DNA of 64,000 bases, taken from the NCBI GenBank assembly GCA_963777315.1, contig CAVZQC010000002.1, positions 608,001 to 672,000 of the forward strand. Direction: 5' to 3'. The DNA is from Vulcanimicrobiota bacterium. Lineage in GTDB: Bacteria > Vulcanimicrobiota > Vulcanimicrobiia > Vulcanimicrobiales > Vulcanimicrobiaceae. The notes under the pieces are model-generated. The model searched no databases. It saw only the letters and a program-made list of their open reading frames with translations, and was not told the origin of the DNA. The translations under genes and the position numbers were made by a program. Below, one piece after another: positions 18,412 to 28,384 of this stretch. Numbering within the stretch: the stretch's first letter is position 1; each line of letters opens with the position of its first letter.

Positions 18412-19955
18412 ATGCGGGGAAAGAGCGCTTCGCCCGGCGCGGTCTGACCGCCCGCGGGCATGCCGCCCCACACCAGCGCATCGTTCCAGTCCCGGTCGAT
18501 GCGTTCGGCCATGCCCAGCTGTTCCCACATGGCGCGCGCTCGCTGCGGCATGAACGGCTCGAGCAGCACGGCCAGCCAGCGCAACCCTTCGCACAGATCG
18601 TATAAAAGCGCGTCCAATTCGCGCTGCCGTCCTTCTTTGAACAGCACCCATGGCTTGCGTTCGTCGATGACCCGGTTGAGCGCGCCGACCAGTTCCCAGA
18701 TCGCCTCGAGCGCCTCGCGGAACTGCAGATCGAAGATCGAATTGCGCACGCGCTGCGGCAGTTCGGCAAACCGCTCGCCCAACGGCATGCCGCCGGTTTC
18801 TTCATCCGGGCTTTGCGGCACCAACCCGTTGCGGTATTTTTCCAGCATCGCCAGCGACCGGCGCAGCAGATTGCCGAGATCGTTGCCCAAGTCGCTGTTG
18901 TACCGCGCGGCGATTTTCTCTTCGGAGTACGAAAAGTCGCTGCCGAACGGCGCTTCGCGCAGCAGGAAGTAGCGCATCGCGTCGGCTCCGAAGCGATCCG
19001 CCAGCGCGAACGGATCGACGGCGTTGCCCAAGCTCTTGCCCATCTTCAAACCGTCGACCGTAATCCAGCCGTGCGCAAACACCGTCTGCGGCGCCGCCTG
19101 GCCGATGCCCCACAGAATGGCGGGCCAGATCAGCGTGTGGAAACGCGCGATTTCCTTGCCGATCAGCTGCACCGAAGCGGGCCAAAACGTCGCGAATTTT
19201 TCACCGTCCGGCCAGTCGAGCGCCGAGATGTAGTTGAGCAGCGCGTCGAACCACACGTAGATGACGCCGTGACCCTGCGAATCGGCAGCGGGAACGGGAA
19301 TCCCCCACGCTAAGTTCGTGCGCGATATCGAGAGATCGTCCAAGCCTTCGTCCAGCAGCGCCATCATTTCGTTGTAGACCGCGCGGGGACGAACCCAATT
19401 GGGATGATCGGTGAAGTGCTGCTTCAAGCGCTGCGTATACTTGGACAGGCGAAAAAACCAGTCGTCCTCGGAAAGCCACTGCACGGGCCGTCCGCAGGTG
19501 GGACATTTGCCGTCGATCAGTTTGGATTCCAGCCAAAACGTCTCGTCGGCAACGCAATACCAGCCTTCGTACTTGCCTAAATACACGTCGCCGTTTTCGC
19601 GCAGCTTGTCGAATACCGCCTGAACGACGCGCTGATGGCGCGGCTGCGTGGTACGGATGAAGTCGTCGTATTCGATCTCGTAGAGCGCAAAGAGCGCCTT
19701 CCAGCGGGGAACCAAATCGTCGCACCATTGCTGAGGCGATTTTCCCGCCGTTTGGGCGGCATCGGCCACCTTTTGTCCGTGTTCGTCGGTGCCGGTCAAA
19801 AAATACGCGGCCCCGTGCGCGCGCGCGGTGCGGGCCATGACGTCCGCCACGATCGTCGTGTAGGCGTGACCGATGTGCGGATTGCCGCTGATGTAATAGA
19901 TCGGCGTGGTAACGTAAAACGGTCCGGGTTCGAATGCGGACGGCCTAGGCTGCAT
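18405..19955 (-). CDS. metG: Methionyl-tRNA synthetase (short form, no C-terminal tRNA-binding domain)
   Basis: YVTTPIYY, HIGH, TGTDEHG, YVWFDALLNY, KMGKS, NDLGNL. Confidence 0.96.
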   Translation of the reverse strand: MQPRPSAFEPGPFYVTTPIYYISGNPHIGHAYTTIVADVMARTARAHGAAYFLTGTDEHGQKVADAAQTAGKSPQQWCDDLVPRWKALFALYEIEYDDFIRTTQPRHQRVVQAVFDKLRENGDVYLGKYEGWYCVADETFWLESKLIDGKCPTCGRPVQWLSEDDWFFRLSKYTQRLKQHFTDHPNWVRPRAVYNEMMALLDEGLDDLSISRTNLAWGIPVPAADSQGHGVIYVWFDALLNYISALDWPDGEKFATFWPASVQLIGKEIARFHTLIWPAILWGIGQAAPQTVFAHGWITVDGLKMGKSLGNAVDPFALADRFGADAMRYFLLREAPFGSDFSYSEEKIAARYNSDLGNDLGNLLRRSLAMLEKYRNGLVPQSPDEETGGMPLGERFAELPQRVRNSIFDLQFREALEAIWELVGALNRVIDERKPWVLFKEGRQRELDALLYDLCEGLRWLAVLLEPFMPQRARAMWEQLGMAERIDRDWNDALVWGGMPAGGQTAPGEALFPRIC

Positions 19956-19963
19956 CGTTTTCT

Positions 19964-20815
19964 CTATCGCTGCGCGGCGCAGCTCTCCCTTCGCAGCGCT
20001 TTGCGCTCGCCGGCGCGGGCGTAAATCGCGCGCCGTTGTCCGTAACCCCGTTCGCTCAGTACTTTGGCGATCGCGGCAACGCCGCGATCGGCATCCAACA
20101 GCGCGTCGATTTCGGCATCGAGCTGCGCCGGATCGTGTTGCTGCGCTTGCGGCACGCCGGGCATGATCGCGACGACGACTTCGCCGCGCACGGGTTCGCC
20201 GAGGCGTTCGCATATTTCCGCGGCGGTTCCGGCGAGCTGCTCTTCAAAGCGCTTGGTGTATTCGCGCAGCACGAACACGCGAGCGGCGCCGTCGACGGCA
20301 GTTATGTCGGCGAGCATCGCGCGCAGCCGCTGCGGCGATTCGTACCAAATGCTCGCGATGCCCAGCGCGAAGCTGCGCGCGAGGGCGCGCTTTCGAGCCG
20401 AGCTCGTGCGTGGGGCAAAACCTTCGAACACGAAGCGGCGCAGCGGCAAGCCCGACAGGACGGCGGCGCCCACCAGCGCACTGGGCCCGGGCAAAACTTC
20501 CAACGCAATGCCGGCGGCTCGGGCCGCGGCCACCAGGTCCGTGCCCGGGTCGGAGATCCCGGGCGTGCCGGCGTCCGTAACGACCGCCACGAGTTCGTTG
20601 CGCGCGCGCTCCAGGATCCCCGCGGTAACCGAACCCGCGTTGTGCTCGTGATACGTCCAAATTTCTTTGGACGGCAGCTCTAGAGCGCCGAGGAGCTTTC
20701 GCGCAACGCGAGAGTCCTCAGCGACGAGCAGGGAGCAGTCGCGCAGCGTGTCGAGCACGCGCAGCGTCACGTCGCGCAGATTGCCCAGCGGCGTCGGCAC
20801 GAAGACCAGCGGCAT
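19964..20815 (-). CDS. rsmI: 16S rRNA C1402 2'-O-methyltransferase
   Basis: VPTPLGNLRD, AEDSR, TDAGTPGISDPG, YESPQRL, REYTKRFEE, RGEVVV. Confidence 0.95.
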   Translation of the reverse strand: MPLVFVPTPLGNLRDVTLRVLDTLRDCSLLVAEDSRVARKLLGALELPSKEIWTYHEHNAGSVTAGILERARNELVAVVTDAGTPGISDPGTDLVAAARAAGIALEVLPGPSALVGAAVLSGLPLRRFVFEGFAPRTSSARKRALARSFALGIASIWYESPQRLRAMLADITAVDGAARVFVLREYTKRFEEQLAGTAAEICERLGEPVRGEVVVAIMPGVPQAQQHDPAQLDAEIDALLDADRGVAAIAKVLSERGYGQRRAIYARAGERKALRRESCAAQR

Positions 20816-20933
20816 GGGCCGCGTTTTCGACGCCCGGAAGCGCTCTCCGCGAGGCCCGCGGCAAGGCAAGCGTCCGGCTCGGCTCTAAGCGGCATCACCC
20901 CGCGCGCCGATACATCGGGGTGGAAACCACGAT

Positions 20934-22520
20934 ATGATTCGCACGCGAACCCTGCCCCGAGTGGCTCCGTCGACCGTACGCCGATCGCGACTAGAACGGT
21001 GGCTGGCCTGCCATGCCGGCGTGCCGCTGCGGCTGGTCGTCGCTCCGGCCGGTTCGGGCAAAACGACGCTGCTGCTCAAGTATCTCCCGAACAGCGCGAT
21101 CGATGCGGCGTACTGCGCGCTGCCGCAAATGTGCTCCCCGCAGGCGTTGTACCAGTGCATCGCCGACGCGCTGTGCCTGCAGAGCGTTCCGGCGTCGTAC
21201 GACGACATGATTGCCGCGCTGCGTTCGGGCGTGTCGGCGCCCACGGAGCTGGCCATCGACGACGTGGACAACGCCGGGCCGCCGGCCGCCGCGCAACTGC
21301 GGCGCCTAGTCGAAGATGCTCCCGAGTCGTTGACCTTCATTTACGCCTCGCGATCCCGCGGCGCCATCGATGCCAAGACGTGGATCGCGCGTGGACTTTC
21401 GGTGCTGTGCGATCATCGCCGGCTGGCGTTCGATCCGGCCGAAACGGAGATGCTGGCCGAAACGTGCGGCGTTGCGTGCACGCATCTGGAGATCGGGCGT
21501 CTGCTCGAAGAGAGCGACGGCTGGGCGATCGTCGTCAGCGGCGCCGTTCGCGCGGCGGCCGAAGACAGCCGTTCGCTCAGCGACGCCTACGAACACTGGC
21601 GCAGCCGGTACGGACAGCTCTTCACCGAATTCATCGCCGCCGATTTGGAGCGGGCCCCCGAAGAGGATCGCGCGCTCGTCCGCAGCCTCATCGCCGGCGC
21701 GAGCATCGACGATCGCGATCGGCTCGCGCGGCTGGAAACGCAAGGCCTGTTCGTCGTGGCCGACGACGACGGCTACCGGCCGTATCGTCCCATCCGGCAA
21801 CTGCGCGGCCGCGCGCGGCTTTCGCCCAGTGCGCGCCTTTCGCCGCTGATCGTGCGCATGTTCGGACGGTTTGTGTCCGAGATCGACGGTCAGGACGTCG
21901 GCTGGATCCGCCGGCGGGACCAGCAGTTCATCAAGTATCTGCTGCTCAAGCCCACGGCCAGCGCCACGCGCGCAGAACTCGCGTCGGTGTTTTGGCCCGA
22001 AGCGGACCGCCAACTCGCCGCGCAAAGCGTCCGGACGGCGTGCAGCAACATTCGCAAAGCGATCGCCGCGCAAGTGGGTTACGCGTGCGTCGATCTCTAT
22101 TTCCGCGCCGATCCCGACGTGTCGCTCGATCTCACCAACGTGGTCGCGGACGTGCGGCGTTTCAGCGCGCACGTTGCCGACGGTGATGCTTCCTTCGATC
22201 GCGGCGACCTGCAGGAAGCTGCGGTGCACTATCGCGCCGCCGAAGAGCTCTACGCCGGCAGACTGCTCGACGGAGACGTGCCCGAAGCGTGGTTTTCGAG
22301 CGACGCGGAGTTGCTCGAAGAACGCTTCGCCATCGTGCTCGAACGCCTCGCGCAGACGGCTTTCGATCAAGGCGACATGAAGAGCGCGGCCGAGTATGCC
22401 TTCCGCGTGCAGAAGGTTCGCCCGGATGCCGGCGGTTTGATCAAGATGCTCGGGCGCTTGGCGCCGCAATACCAGGCTTCGTCGCTGGACGAACATCGCC
22501 GCCGGCGTGTCGGCGCGTAA
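20934..22520 (+). CDS. MalT-like P-loop / SARP-BTAD transcriptional regulator
   Basis: N-terminal VRRSRL...VVAPAGSGKTTLL, IDDVD, SDGW; C-terminal VRMFGRF, RAELASVFWPE, ADVRRF, LYAGRLL (winged helix plus BTAD). Confidence 0.75.
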   Translation: MIRTRTLPRVAPSTVRRSRLERWLACHAGVPLRLVVAPAGSGKTTLLLKYLPNSAIDAAYCALPQMCSPQALYQCIADALCLQSVPASYDDMIAALRSGVSAPTELAIDDVDNAGPPAAAQLRRLVEDAPESLTFIYASRSRGAIDAKTWIARGLSVLCDHRRLAFDPAETEMLAETCGVACTHLEIGRLLEESDGWAIVVSGAVRAAAEDSRSLSDAYEHWRSRYGQLFTEFIAADLERAPEEDRALVRSLIAGASIDDRDRLARLETQGLFVVADDDGYRPYRPIRQLRGRARLSPSARLSPLIVRMFGRFVSEIDGQDVGWIRRRDQQFIKYLLLKPTASATRAELASVFWPEADRQLAAQSVRTACSNIRKAIAAQVGYACVDLYFRADPDVSLDLTNVVADVRRFSAHVADGDASFDRGDLQEAAVHYRAAEELYAGRLLDGDVPEAWFSSDAELLEERFAIVLERLAQTAFDQGDMKSAAEYAFRVQKVRPDAGGLIKMLGRLAPQYQASSLDEHRRRRVGA

Positions 22521-23940
22521 CCGCACGGCGCTCTGCGCGCTGGGGGCGCTGCTGCTGGCGGCCTGGCAGCTGCACGCGGCCTCTCGTGCCGGCGTGGCGT
22601 TCGGTGATTTTCGCGCGTTTTATTGCGCGGGAGCCGCTTTGGCGCACGGTGCGAACCCGTATGCCGCCGCGCCGCTCTATGCATGCGAGCGCGTCCCGAT
22701 GCCGCTGGGATTGTATCACTCTGTTGCGGGCGTGACGGTCCCCGCGCCTTTACCCGGATACGCGCTGCTCGCGTTCGTTCCGCTCGCGTTTCTCCCGTAT
22801 CCCGCGGCGTGCGCCGTATGGCTGGCGATGGTGTTGGCGGCATGCGCCGCGAGCGTTTGCGCGCTTGCCGCGCTGCTGGAACGCTCGCGTGAAGCGGCGT
22901 TGTGCGCTCTCGCCGTCGGTTTTGCCGTCATGGTCGTACCGTTCGGCGAACTCGGTTCAGTCTGCATGGCCGGGATGCTGTGCGCCGCCTTTGCGCTGCG
23001 CAAGCGCGCGTGGACGTGGGCGACGGTCGGCTGCGGCGTGGCCGCCGTCACACCGCACGTCGCATTGCCGGCGCTCGCGGCCATTTTCGTGCTGATCCGG
23101 CCGATGCGCTTGCGCGTGGCTGCGTTGTGCGCCGCGCTGCTCGTTCTGGACGCAGCCGCAGGCGGCGTGCACGCCGCCTATTCCTACGTGATGCTGGTTT
23201 TGCCCGCGCACGCGCTCTCGGAGATCGGCAGCTCGGCGCAATACGGTGTCACGTGGATGCTGCACGGTCTGGGTGCGACCGACCGCGCTGCTATCGCCGC
23301 CGGTGAAGCGTCGTACGCCGGCATGCTGATCTTGGGCCTGGCTGCGGCTTGGGGTCTGTACGCGCGCCGGCCCGACTCCGCATACCCGGCGCTGATCCCG
23401 CCGGCGTTCGTCGTGTTCGGCGGAACGTTCATTCACTACGCGCAGATCATGATAGCGATTCCGGCTGCGCTCGTGCTGCTGCATGGAACGCGTGGGCGCG
23501 CGCGCTGGGTGCTGGGCGCCGCGGTGCTGCTGCTGGCGTTTCCGTGGCTGCGCGCGCTGGGCGAGCCCGCGCTGATTGCGGCCTACGCGGCGACAAGCGC
23601 GCTGCTTGCGCGCGCGCTGCTGGATTGGGATGCCGCGGCGTCGCTGCGCGCGGCGCTGGCGAGCACTCTGCTCACCGGATTACTGCTCGCGGCCGGTTAT
23701 CATTTCGGCGCCGATCTTCCCGCGCACGTTCACGCGCTGGGCGCGCAGCATGGTCTGGCGCAAAGCTCGTGGACGCAATTCGTGCGCACGCGGCTGTCGA
23801 GCACCGGCATCGTTTGGTGGATAGCCAAAGCGCCGACGTGGCTGGGCCTAGCTGTGCTAACGTTGAGCTGTGCGTACGGTCTGGCGAAGGAAAATCTCGT
23901 AGCGGCCGCCGCGGTAGAACAGGTGCCAGTCGCGCCGTAG
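22507..23940 (+). CDS. GT87/DUF2029-like GT-C membrane glycosyltransferase
   Basis: GDFRAFYCAGAALAHGANPY, P..LAFVPLAFLPY..A..VW; about 12 hydrophobic segments; overlaps the regulator stop. Confidence 0.65.
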   Translation: MSARNRTALCALGALLLAAWQLHAASRAGVAFGDFRAFYCAGAALAHGANPYAAAPLYACERVPMPLGLYHSVAGVTVPAPLPGYALLAFVPLAFLPYPAACAVWLAMVLAACAASVCALAALLERSREAALCALAVGFAVMVVPFGELGSVCMAGMLCAAFALRKRAWTWATVGCGVAAVTPHVALPALAAIFVLIRPMRLRVAALCAALLVLDAAAGGVHAAYSYVMLVLPAHALSEIGSSAQYGVTWMLHGLGATDRAAIAAGEASYAGMLILGLAAAWGLYARRPDSAYPALIPPAFVVFGGTFIHYAQIMIAIPAALVLLHGTRGRARWVLGAAVLLLAFPWLRALGEPALIAAYAATSALLARALLDWDAAASLRAALASTLLTGLLLAAGYHFGADLPAHVHALGAQHGLAQSSWTQFVRTRLSSTGIVWWIAKAPTWLGLAVLTLSCAYGLAKENLVAAAAVEQVPVAP

Positions 23941-25269
23941 CGCGATTGCCTGCGCGAGCGAGTTGCTCTTGTCCACCAGCACCGCGTCGACGTTCCAACG
24001 CTCGAGCACCGAAGACCATTGCGGCGAAACGCGCTGCACGAGCAGGTAATCTTTCCAGACTCTGGGCGGAAACGGATCGCAGCGGCCGTCTAAAAACGTG
24101 CGCAGATTCGGTTGCTCGAGCGCAAGGCTGCACCAGGCAAAGTCTTCGCAATACAGGTTGTGCGTGCCGCCGAGCTGCGCCAGCGCCGCAACCGCTTTGC
24201 GCGGCACCGTCACGCCGGTGATCTGCGGAACGTGCGCGAGGTCCGAAACGATCAGCGCGCAGACCATCGCGCTGCATGCGAAAATGAGCGTCAGGCTGAA
24301 CCGTTCCTGCAGTACGGCGTTGATCCGGCCCCGTGCCGGCAGCACCGTGGAGATTCCGGTTGCGGCCATGGGCGCGATGACCAGCGCGGCGAGCGGGATA
24401 TGGCGCACGGCGATGCCGCCGATGAGCGCAGCTGCGGCAAACAGGATGCCGTCGCGAAAGCGCTTTTGCGGCGCCGCAACGCCGAAATAGCAGCAGATCG
24501 CCAGCAGCGGGAGCAGCCCGGCAAAGAAGGCTGAAAAGCCGATATCGGGAGGCTGCCATTCCGCTATCGCGCTGCGTATCGTGCTCGTTTCCAACGTGAG
24601 CGCATACAGCGGCAGATTCCAGAGCAGCGGCGTGAGGCAAACCGCAAACAGCGTCCCGGCCGCGAGCACTGCGCTGCGGCAAGCGCGCGGCGTCCACGCG
24701 CGATCTTCCAAGCAAACCCCGAGCGCCCATGCGCCGACGAACACCGGCGCGATGAGCGCGCTGGCGTGCACGTTGGCCCAAATCGCGACGAGTGGAATCG
24801 CCAAAAAGATCCAATTGGTTTCCAGATCGAGCAGCAGCAGCAGCACGGCCAGGAACAGCCAGCCGAAGACCTGCGCGCGAACGCCGAACGCCTGCAGCAT
24901 CGCAAAGCCGGTGCACGCGGTGACGAGTGCCGTTGCAGACGTCGAGGCGCCGGCTTTGCGCGAACGGTACGCCGTCAGCAGCAGCGCACCCATTGCAGCG
25001 GCGGTCGAAAGCAGCGCCAGCACGGCGAAATGCTTGGTGGAATTCAGCCACGCCAGCGCAACGCTGAACGCCCACTCTTGCGGTATCCACCGCGCGCCGG
25101 GCGCGGTGAACGTCTCGCGCCCGAGCTGATGCGGCAAATGATGCGCGTGAAGAACGTAATGCCCCAGCCAGGTCTGCCAAGCCAGATCGCCGTCCTGGCC
25201 GGCATAAAACCACGCGCCGACGATAAAGCGCGCGCAAAAGATCGCAGCGACCGCGCAGGCGATTTTCAT
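23857..25269 (-). CDS. Polytopic membrane protein, putative GT-C-fold glycosyltransferase (paralog 1)
   Basis: DGDLAWQTWLG, PQEWAF, VRAQVF, WANVHAS, IAEWQP, VRHIP, FLDGRCDPF; many TM helices plus a soluble C-terminal domain. Confidence 0.6.
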   Translation of the reverse strand: MKIACAVAAIFCARFIVGAWFYAGQDGDLAWQTWLGHYVLHAHHLPHQLGRETFTAPGARWIPQEWAFSVALAWLNSTKHFAVLALLSTAAAMGALLLTAYRSRKAGASTSATALVTACTGFAMLQAFGVRAQVFGWLFLAVLLLLLDLETNWIFLAIPLVAIWANVHASALIAPVFVGAWALGVCLEDRAWTPRACRSAVLAAGTLFAVCLTPLLWNLPLYALTLETSTIRSAIAEWQPPDIGFSAFFAGLLPLLAICCYFGVAAPQKRFRDGILFAAAALIGGIAVRHIPLAALVIAPMAATGISTVLPARGRINAVLQERFSLTLIFACSAMVCALIVSDLAHVPQITGVTVPRKAVAALAQLGGTHNLYCEDFAWCSLALEQPNLRTFLDGRCDPFPPRVWKDYLLVQRVSPQWSSVLERWNVDAVLVDKSNSLAQAIALRRDWHLFYRGGRYEIFLRQTVRTAQR

Positions 25270-26531
25270 TGCGCGCCACCCTTGCGCAGCAAAACGCGCT
25301 CGGAGTCGGCTTTGGACTCATGCCAGCCGGTCGATGCCAGCAGCGCGACGATGTTGGAGTCGTTTTGCGCGATCACCGAATCTACGCCGGCTCGCTCGAG
25401 CTCGCGGCGCCACGGGCCGCGGGTCGCCACGGCATCGCGCTGCGTGCGCAGTTGCCAGCCGCGCGCGATTCCGGCGCGATCGTCGAGCAGTGCATCAATG
25501 GCCGGAAATGCGGCGTTCACGCCGTCGCACCAGCGCGGCTGCTGGCACAGCAGGCGGTGAGGGCGCCGGTCCCGCGCGAGATTTCGCAGCAGTGCGGCGG
25601 GCTGATCCGGCGCTTGCGGCCACCGCACGCTTTTGGCCCCGAATGCGGCGGTGAGGAAAAAAGCAGCGCACCCCGCGACGCAGAACGCGCCGGCGTATCG
25701 CCGCAGCGCAACGTGCGGTATCTCGCAAGAATCGCCGTTGCGCCGTGCGGTGGCATCGGCGAGCATGGGCGCGGCCAGGATTCCCAGATACGGCAAATTG
25801 CGCGCATCCGCTATCGTTAAAAGCGCGAGCGCGAAAAACGTCGGCGCGTCCCAGGGCCGGCCGCAGCGCCGGAGGCCGAACCATCCCGCCGAAACGATCG
25901 CTGCGCAAAAGGCGGCCGACTGCAGCGAAAATCCGCCGTTCCACAGACGATCGCGCTGCGCTCCGGGCATGAACGCGTCCAGATACAGCGCGTGGGCCCC
26001 GTACGCGTGCCACGGCGCTCCATGCAGCTGAAGCGCGCCCAACACGAGCGCTCCGCCGGCGACCGCGGCCTTGTTGCGCACGGTCTGGTCGAAACCGCGG
26101 GCGTTCCGCAATGCCGACGCAAAAGCGATTGCGGCCAGCACTGCCCCCAGAGGCGCTCCGCCCTGCAATGCCGACCACAGCGCGACGATACTCAACGCGG
26201 CGACGATGCCGGTTCGTTGCCGGTCCAGCATCAAAGCGAATCCGGCCGCGCATGCCCAGCCGATCGGATCCAGACTCACGCCCACTCTGCCGGCAATGCA
26301 TATCGCCGCCAGCGCAACGGCTAAAGCGGCATAGCCCGGAGGCGCGCCGCGCAATCGCGTACGCACTGCGACCAGCACCAGCGCGCCGGCGCTCAGCACC
26401 GCGCACAGCGCGGCCACGGCTGCGAAGCCTAATGCGCGCAGCAGCGCGTCGAACAGCGGACCGCCGAGCAGATTGCGATCGTGCAACTGAACGAAGAACT
26501 CGGGCGTAACGCCCGGATGCCAAACGCTCAT
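25266..26531 (-). CDS. Polytopic membrane protein, diverged paralog of 23857-25269 (paralog 2)
   Basis: Colinear similarity: WSALQGG vs WANVHAS, ARNLPYLGILAAPMLA vs VRHIPLAALVIAPMAA, LLCQQPRWC vs LYCEDFAWC, LLDDRAG vs FLDGRCD, WRRELERAGVDSVI vs WSSVLERWNVDAVL. Confidence 0.65.
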   Translation of the reverse strand: MSVWHPGVTPEFFVQLHDRNLLGGPLFDALLRALGFAAVAALCAVLSAGALVLVAVRTRLRGAPPGYAALAVALAAICIAGRVGVSLDPIGWACAAGFALMLDRQRTGIVAALSIVALWSALQGGAPLGAVLAAIAFASALRNARGFDQTVRNKAAVAGGALVLGALQLHGAPWHAYGAHALYLDAFMPGAQRDRLWNGGFSLQSAAFCAAIVSAGWFGLRRCGRPWDAPTFFALALLTIADARNLPYLGILAAPMLADATARRNGDSCEIPHVALRRYAGAFCVAGCAAFFLTAAFGAKSVRWPQAPDQPAALLRNLARDRRPHRLLCQQPRWCDGVNAAFPAIDALLDDRAGIARGWQLRTQRDAVATRGPWRRELERAGVDSVIAQNDSNIVALLASTGWHESKADSERVLLRKGGAQ

Positions 26532-26553
26532 CTCCAAAGCGTTCCTGCGGAGG

Positions 26554-26898
26554 TCACTCCAGGATCAGGCGGTCTCCGATGAGGACGTGCCGGACCTCCA
26601 GGGCCCCGGCGCCGAGTTCCACGACGTTGCGCGCTCCAATGCACGAGATCACCGGGCGCTGACGCGGAACGCACCGGCGCGTTCTGACGACCTTCCCGTC
26701 GCCGTCTAAAAAGATCACGTCGATGTGCGCGCGCATGCACAGCGTATGAATGGCCCAACAATCGCGAAACCACAATCCTTCGTCCGGGTCGACCTCGCCG
26801 CGCGGAATGAAGCCGGCGAGCCGCTCCCACCAAGTATCGGCATAATGGACGTTGGCCGCGATGATCTCACCGGTCGTGGCATTCTTGAGCTGCGCCAT
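26554..26898 (-). CDS. DUF192-domain protein
   Basis: ADTWWERLAG, GLWF, AIHTLCMRAHIDVIFLD, VVELGAG; ATG 26898. Confidence 0.85.
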   Translation of the reverse strand: MAQLKNATTGEIIAANVHYADTWWERLAGFIPRGEVDPDEGLWFRDCWAIHTLCMRAHIDVIFLDGDGKVVRTRRCVPRQRPVISCIGARNVVELGAGALEVRHVLIGDRLILE

Positions 26899-26908
26899 CC
26901 TGCGGTTC

Positions 26909-27517
26909 CTAACGCCACATGCCCAGCGGGATCGCCAAGCCGATTGCCGCGGCGAGGTAGGGCGCGAAGGCGATGGCTCCGTGCCGGCGCCCGCGAGCGT
27001 AGCTGACTGCCACGGCGCAAAAGCAGGCCGCTGCAAAGGCCAGCACGGCGATCTGCGCGCCCAGAACCGCGCCGCCCAAGGCGACGAGCTTCGCGTCGCC
27101 CCAGCCCATGCCGCGCCCGCGCGAGAGCACCGCGGCGGCGGCGAACGGCGCGAACGGAATGGCCGCCGAAACCAGCAGCCACCAGTGATGCTGCCACAGC
27201 GCGACGACCAATAACACTGCAAGCGGACCCAGCGTAAAAACGTCCGGCACGATGCCGCGCCGCGCGTCCGTAATCCAGATCGCGATCAGCGCAACGCATA
27301 CGAGCGCGATCAGCACGACCTGCGATTGCGAAGCGGCGTGGGCGGTAACCAGCGCGCCCACGAACGCGCACCCGGCGACCAGTCCCGCGACGGGAGGTTC
27401 GCTCGTTTTCGGACCGTCGGGCAACGGTGCCAGACGTTCGGCAATGGTCGAGCCAAGCAGTACGCCCACGTACGCGGCGCTGGCAAAAAACAGCGCTCCC
27501 AGCAGCAATGCCGTCAT
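26909..27517 (-). CDS. Prepilin peptidase, A24 family (TadV/CpaA-like)
   Basis: Two catalytic Asp motifs, WITDARRGIVPD and GMGWGDAKL; C-terminal IAFAPYL. Confidence 0.88.
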   Translation of the reverse strand: MTALLLGALFFASAAYVGVLLGSTIAERLAPLPDGPKTSEPPVAGLVAGCAFVGALVTAHAASQSQVVLIALVCVALIAIWITDARRGIVPDVFTLGPLAVLLVVALWQHHWWLLVSAAIPFAPFAAAAVLSRGRGMGWGDAKLVALGGAVLGAQIAVLAFAAACFCAVAVSYARGRRHGAIAFAPYLAAAIGLAIPLGMWR

Positions 27518-27526
27518 GGCTGCGCG

Positions 27527-28384
27527 TTACTTCGGCTGCGAGACATAGCTGGCAGCGAGTGCCCCGAAGATAACGACGAACAGCGCCGGCAGCATGAACA
27601 TCGCCATCGGAAAGACCATTTTCACGGGCAGCTTCGCGGCATGTTCCTCCACGAGCATGATGCGCTGGTTGCGCACGTCTTCGGCTAATTCGGCCAGTAC
27701 TTTGGAAATGTTCGTTCCCAAGCGCTCGGCTTGCGTGATCGCCGTTATGGTCGTCGTGAACTGCTGCTGCTGCAGCCGGTCGGCGGCCGCGCGCAGCGCG
27801 CTGGTGCGCGCGCGGCCCAGACGGATCTCCGAAAGCGCGGCCCTGATCTCTTCGCCCAATGCGCCGGGCGCGGCGTCGAGCGCATAGCTGAGTGCCTGAT
27901 TCACCGAAAGGCCGGCCTGTACCGTCGTCGCAACCATGTCGAGAAAATCCGGCAGCGCTCGCTGTACCTGCGCCTTTCGCCCCTCGGCGGCTCGCTCGAG
28001 CGCCGCCAGCGGAAGGTAAGCGCCTACGCCGATGGCCAGCACGCCGATGATTGCGCCGAAGACGACGTTGAGGTGAAACAGCGAAAGAACGACGATCGTC
28101 AGCACCAGACCGATCAGCGCGCCGCTGCAGATGCGCACGCCCATCTGCGCGGGAGTGACCGTATACCAGCCCGCTTCGAACAGTTTGCGGCGCAAGCGGC
28201 CGCGCCGCTCTTTTGAAAAGAGCTTTTCGAACGCGCGCACGTTTTTGGGATCGCGCTGCATGCCTCGCGATTCCAAATCCTCGAGCGTTTTCGACAGCAC
28301 GCTCTTTTGCGGAATGACCGAAAGCGCGAAGAGAAACGCGGCGGCCGCGCCCAGCAGGACGATCATCGTGATGAGCGGCGTCAT
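27527..28384 (-). CDS. tadC: Tad pilus inner-membrane platform protein TadC
   Basis: LPDFLDMVATTVQAGLS, QAERLGTNI, EEHAAKLPVKMVFPM..FMLPALF. Confidence 0.88.
   Translation of the reverse strand: MTPLITMIVLLGAAAAFLFALSVIPQKSVLSKTLEDLESRGMQRDPKNVRAFEKLFSKERRGRLRRKLFEAGWYTVTPAQMGVRICSGALIGLVLTIVVLSLFHLNVVFGAIIGVLAIGVGAYLPLAALERAAEGRKAQVQRALPDFLDMVATTVQAGLSVNQALSYALDAAPGALGEEIRAALSEIRLGRARTSALRAAADRLQQQQFTTTITAITQAERLGTNISKVLAELAEDVRNQRIMLVEEHAAKLPVKMVFPMAMFMLPALFVVIFGALAASYVSQPK

Noticed and set aside
19921..19940. GGTTCGAAT tRNA T-loop-like sequence
   Set aside because: Lies within metG coding sequence, with no cloverleaf.
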